A stretch of DNA of 64,000 bases from contig JBHWRC010000100.1 in the NCBI GenBank assembly GCA_043426375.1, positions 5,359 through 69,358 on the forward strand, in the 5' to 3' direction. Below the pieces are notes generated by a model. It made no database searches. It was not told the DNA's origin and worked only from the letters and a program-made list of their open reading frames with translations. The position numbers were made by a program, and so were the translations under genes. Positions 61,329 to 64,000 of the stretch are shown here, piece after piece. Source of the stretch: Anaerococcus sp. GTDB lineage: Bacteria; Bacillota; Clostridia; Tissierellales; Peptoniphilaceae. The stretch's first letter is position 1. Each line of letters starts with the position of its first letter.

Positions 61329-64000
61329 TTATATTTCCTGAAATTCCTTAAAATTGTACCAATAAATTAAAGACTTACTTACCTTCTTGCCAAGGGCCTC
61401 TTCTATGGCTTTTTTGTAAATTCTAAGCTGCATAGAGTATACATCATCTCTTTTTATCCTGTCGGTCTTAAAATCTATCAGAATTATCTCGTCTTCCTTT
61501 TCAAATATCAGGTCAATCTGTCCATTCACATAATAACCATCATAGGTCATTAGGAAAGATTCCTCGCTTCTTTTTGGGATATTTTCCTCTATTAAGCTTT
61601 TGACCATATCTTTTTGGTAGAAATTTAAGAGCTTGTCAATTTCAACAAGGTCTAAGATAGCTTTGTCAAATATTTTCTTATCTATTAGCCTATCAAGCTC
61701 TAATTTTAAAGTTTTTTCGTCATAGACCTTCATAGGAAGCTTTTGGAAAACCTTATGGATTAGGCTACCTTTTTCGGTTGGGTCGTAGGTTTTTTCTTCT
61801 TCCAAAAAGCCTGGTTTCTTAAAGGAAATATTGCCCCTAACTCCTTCTACATCGAAGGTCTGATAGCCTTCGCTTTCCTTATTGAAATCTTTGGCAAGCT
61901 CTGTTACAGATTTTTTGAGGGTTTGGCCTATTTGAGCCTTGCCCTTATAAGTAAAATCTAAACTTTCTTTTATTTGACTCAACCTATGAGAATCTGCCTT
62001 ATCATTTAATAAATCAACTAGACTTTCATTGTATTTTACATCAATTTCGTCGATATTTTCTATAAATTCTAAGCTAATTCTTTTGTCAAAATCAGATTTT
62101 ATCTTGATTCCCTTAAAAAACTCAGTTGAGATATTATCTTCAGATAAAATAGCTAGGATCCAATCTAAGTGGCTTGTCATATCCAGATAATTAGGATTTT
62201 GGTAGATTTTTTCCATACTAGAAGAAGTCCTATCGAAGTTGCCTGTTATATAAAGCCTTTCTTCGGCCCTGGTTAGGGCAACATAGAGGATTCTCATCTC
62301 TTCTTTTTTATCATTTATAGACTTTTTTTCGTTTATAAGCTTGCGGTTTATACTTGAAATTCTAAGCTTTCTCTCATAATCAGCCACATCTATGCCTAGA
62401 CCAATCTCCTCGTCGAAGACTATCGGGTCTGTCCTATTGTTAAATCTCTTATCAGTGCCGGCAAGGATTACGACCTTAAATTCTAATCCTTTAGACTTAT
62501 GGACTGTCATTATCCTAACCAAATCTTCACCTTCGGCCAGGTCCCTGGTTGGAGTGATAGAATCAGATCTGGTTTTTTCTAGGTTTTCAAAAAAGCTAAC
62601 AAAACCATAAAGTCCATTGTCGTTTGACCTATCGTATTCTGCCATCATCTCTATTATAGAGTCGATATTATTTATCCTATCTTGAGATAAATCTCTTGCG
62701 AGTAGAAAATCATAAAGACCAGATTTTTCAAAAAGGTAATTTGCAAAGTCATAGAGGTTTAAAATTGCAAGCTTATCCTTAAGATCACCTATCAAGGCCT
62801 TAAAGTCAGCGATTTTAGAGGTTAGGTCGTCATCCTTGTCGTATTCTTCAAATGCTTCATAAAACTTATATGATGCTGAAGATAACTTGATTTTTGCCAG
62901 ATCTTCTTCATCTATATCAAAGATTACAGACCTTAATACAGCCATCAAAACCAAATCGTCGTTGGGATTTGTGAGGTATTTTAGCATATTTATAAAAAAT
63001 CCAACCTCGCTTGCTTGGGTAGATACCTTTGAAATATCATTGAAATAGGGAATATCTGCCTTTTTGAAGGCCTCTTCGTACTTATAAGACTCAGTCCCAT
63101 TCCTTAAGAGAATCGCTATATCGCTGAACTTATATCCCTCTTTGACTAAATCTTTTATAAGGCTTTGGATGTAGACTTCTTCTTTTACACTTGGATCTAG
63201 GACTTTGACGCAAGCCCTGGCGTCTTTAGTCAAGTCTTCTTCGCTTTTGCCGTAATTTAGTCTGTGGCCCCCATCTTTGTAGTCTATATCTGCCATGTCT
63301 TTTGTCATAAGCCTATCAAAAATATAGTTATTAAAATCAAGTATAAGCTTATCAGTCCTAAAGTTTTCGTTTAGGTTTATCCTCATTGAGTCTGAATCTT
63401 TTTCATAAGAATCAAGTTTTGCTATAAATAAACTAGGCTCTGCCCTCCTAAATCCGTAGATTGACTGCTTTACGTCACCTACAAAAAACAGGTTCCTATC
63501 AGATTTAAGCTTATCTACTATATAATTTTGTATCTCGTTTGAATCTTGATATTCATCAAAGAAAATATACTTATATTTTTGCCTTAATTTTTCCCTGGCT
63601 GTATCGTTTTTAAGTAGTTTGATAAAAACTTGCTCTAAATCGTTAAAATCTAGATAATCTTTGGCTGATTTTTTCTTATCATAAGTTTCCTTAAAATCTT
63701 TTGTAAGCTCATAAATCTTAGCAAAAAGAATCTCTTCCCTAACTCTTATAAAGTCAAGGGCCTTAGAATCTGTATTAGTTGCAAGTCCTATGATTTTATC
63801 AACATCAGCCTTATAGGCTTTCCTTTTCCTATCAATCTCACTAACTAAGTCCTCATCGTCAATTTCTTTTTTAATTTTTGCTGCAAAGGTAGGATACTTT
63901 TTGTTCTTTGAGGCAATATTAAAGTCATCCAGGGAGCTTAGACTTTCTCTCATATTTAAAATAACTTCATAATCACTTGCTATAAGGTTAACTGCAGATG
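61329..64000 (-). CDS. addA: AddA-like helicase/nuclease, 5' end beyond window
   Basis: DEYQD, VGDVKQSIYGFR, MTVHKSKGLEF, EEMRILYVALTRA; C-terminal nuclease GQIDL..IDFKT; frame open to 64000. Confidence 0.9.
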   Translation of the reverse strand, partial: SAVNLIASDYEVILNMRESLSSLDDFNIASKNKKYPTFAAKIKKEIDDEDLVSEIDRKRKAYKADVDKIIGLATNTDSKALDFIRVREEILFAKIYELTKDFKETYDKKKSAKDYLDFNDLEQVFIKLLKNDTAREKLRQKYKYIFFDEYQDSNEIQNYIVDKLKSDRNLFFVGDVKQSIYGFRRAEPSLFIAKLDSYEKDSDSMRINLNENFRTDKLILDFNNYIFDRLMTKDMADIDYKDGGHRLNYGKSEEDLTKDARACVKVLDPSVKEEVYIQSLIKDLVKEGYKFSDIAILLRNGTESYKYEEAFKKADIPYFNDISKVSTQASEVGFFINMLKYLTNPNDDLVLMAVLRSVIFDIDEEDLAKIKLSSASYKFYEAFEEYDKDDDLTSKIADFKALIGDLKDKLAILNLYDFANYLFEKSGLYDFLLARDLSQDRINNIDSIIEMMAEYDRSNDNGLYGFVSFFENLEKTRSDSITPTRDLAEGEDLVRIMTVHKSKGLEFKVVILAGTDKRFNNRTDPIVFDEEIGLGIDVADYERKLRISSINRKLINEKKSINDKKEEMRILYVALTRAEERLYITGNFDRTSSSMEKIYQNPNYLDMTSHLDWILAILSEDNISTEFFKGIKIKSDFDKRISLEFIENIDEIDVKYNESLVDLLNDKADSHRLSQIKESLDFTYKGKAQIGQTLKKSVTELAKDFNKESEGYQTFDVEGVRGNISFKKPGFLEEEKTYDPTEKGSLIHKVFQKLPMKVYDEKTLKLELDRLIDKKIFDKAILDLVEIDKLLNFYQKDMVKSLIEENIPKRSEESFLMTYDGYYVNGQIDLIFEKEDEIILIDFKTDRIKRDDVYSMQLRIYKKAIEEALGKKVSKSLIYWYNFKEFQEI

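Overview
This is a low-GC chromosomal window from an anaerobic Firmicute. Gene content and protein style suggest an Anaerococcus/Peptoniphilaceae-like organism (inference). It is mostly housekeeping: valS with a T-box leader, ppdK with its regulatory kinase, a purine operon (purE-K-L-F-M-N-H-D-fhs) with divergent purC, two NSS transporters around a PatB/MalY enzyme, secA-prfB (programmed frameshift)-trpS, glpX, rluD-like, xth, iscS-mnmA, a J-domain/ThrE/msrA/GH25 cluster, nfnAB, a MarR-pirin-flavin reductase cluster and the 3' part of addA. I saw no rRNA, tRNA, CRISPR array, transposase or prophage. The most notable observation is an uninterrupted purF that lacks the N-terminal catalytic Cys, key glutamine-binding residues and all Fe-S cysteines while keeping its PRTase motifs, a candidate ammonia-only entry enzyme for purine synthesis. 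Other points: three apparently leaderless translation-modification genes, a recurrent 16-bp promoter spacer, a decayed sortase-anchored protein with four SYPAQ (YobA/DUF3221-like) repeats, a nonsense-split TraX-family gene and a truncated TerB-C-like gene at the left edge. All assignments come from reading motifs by eye; no database searches were run.
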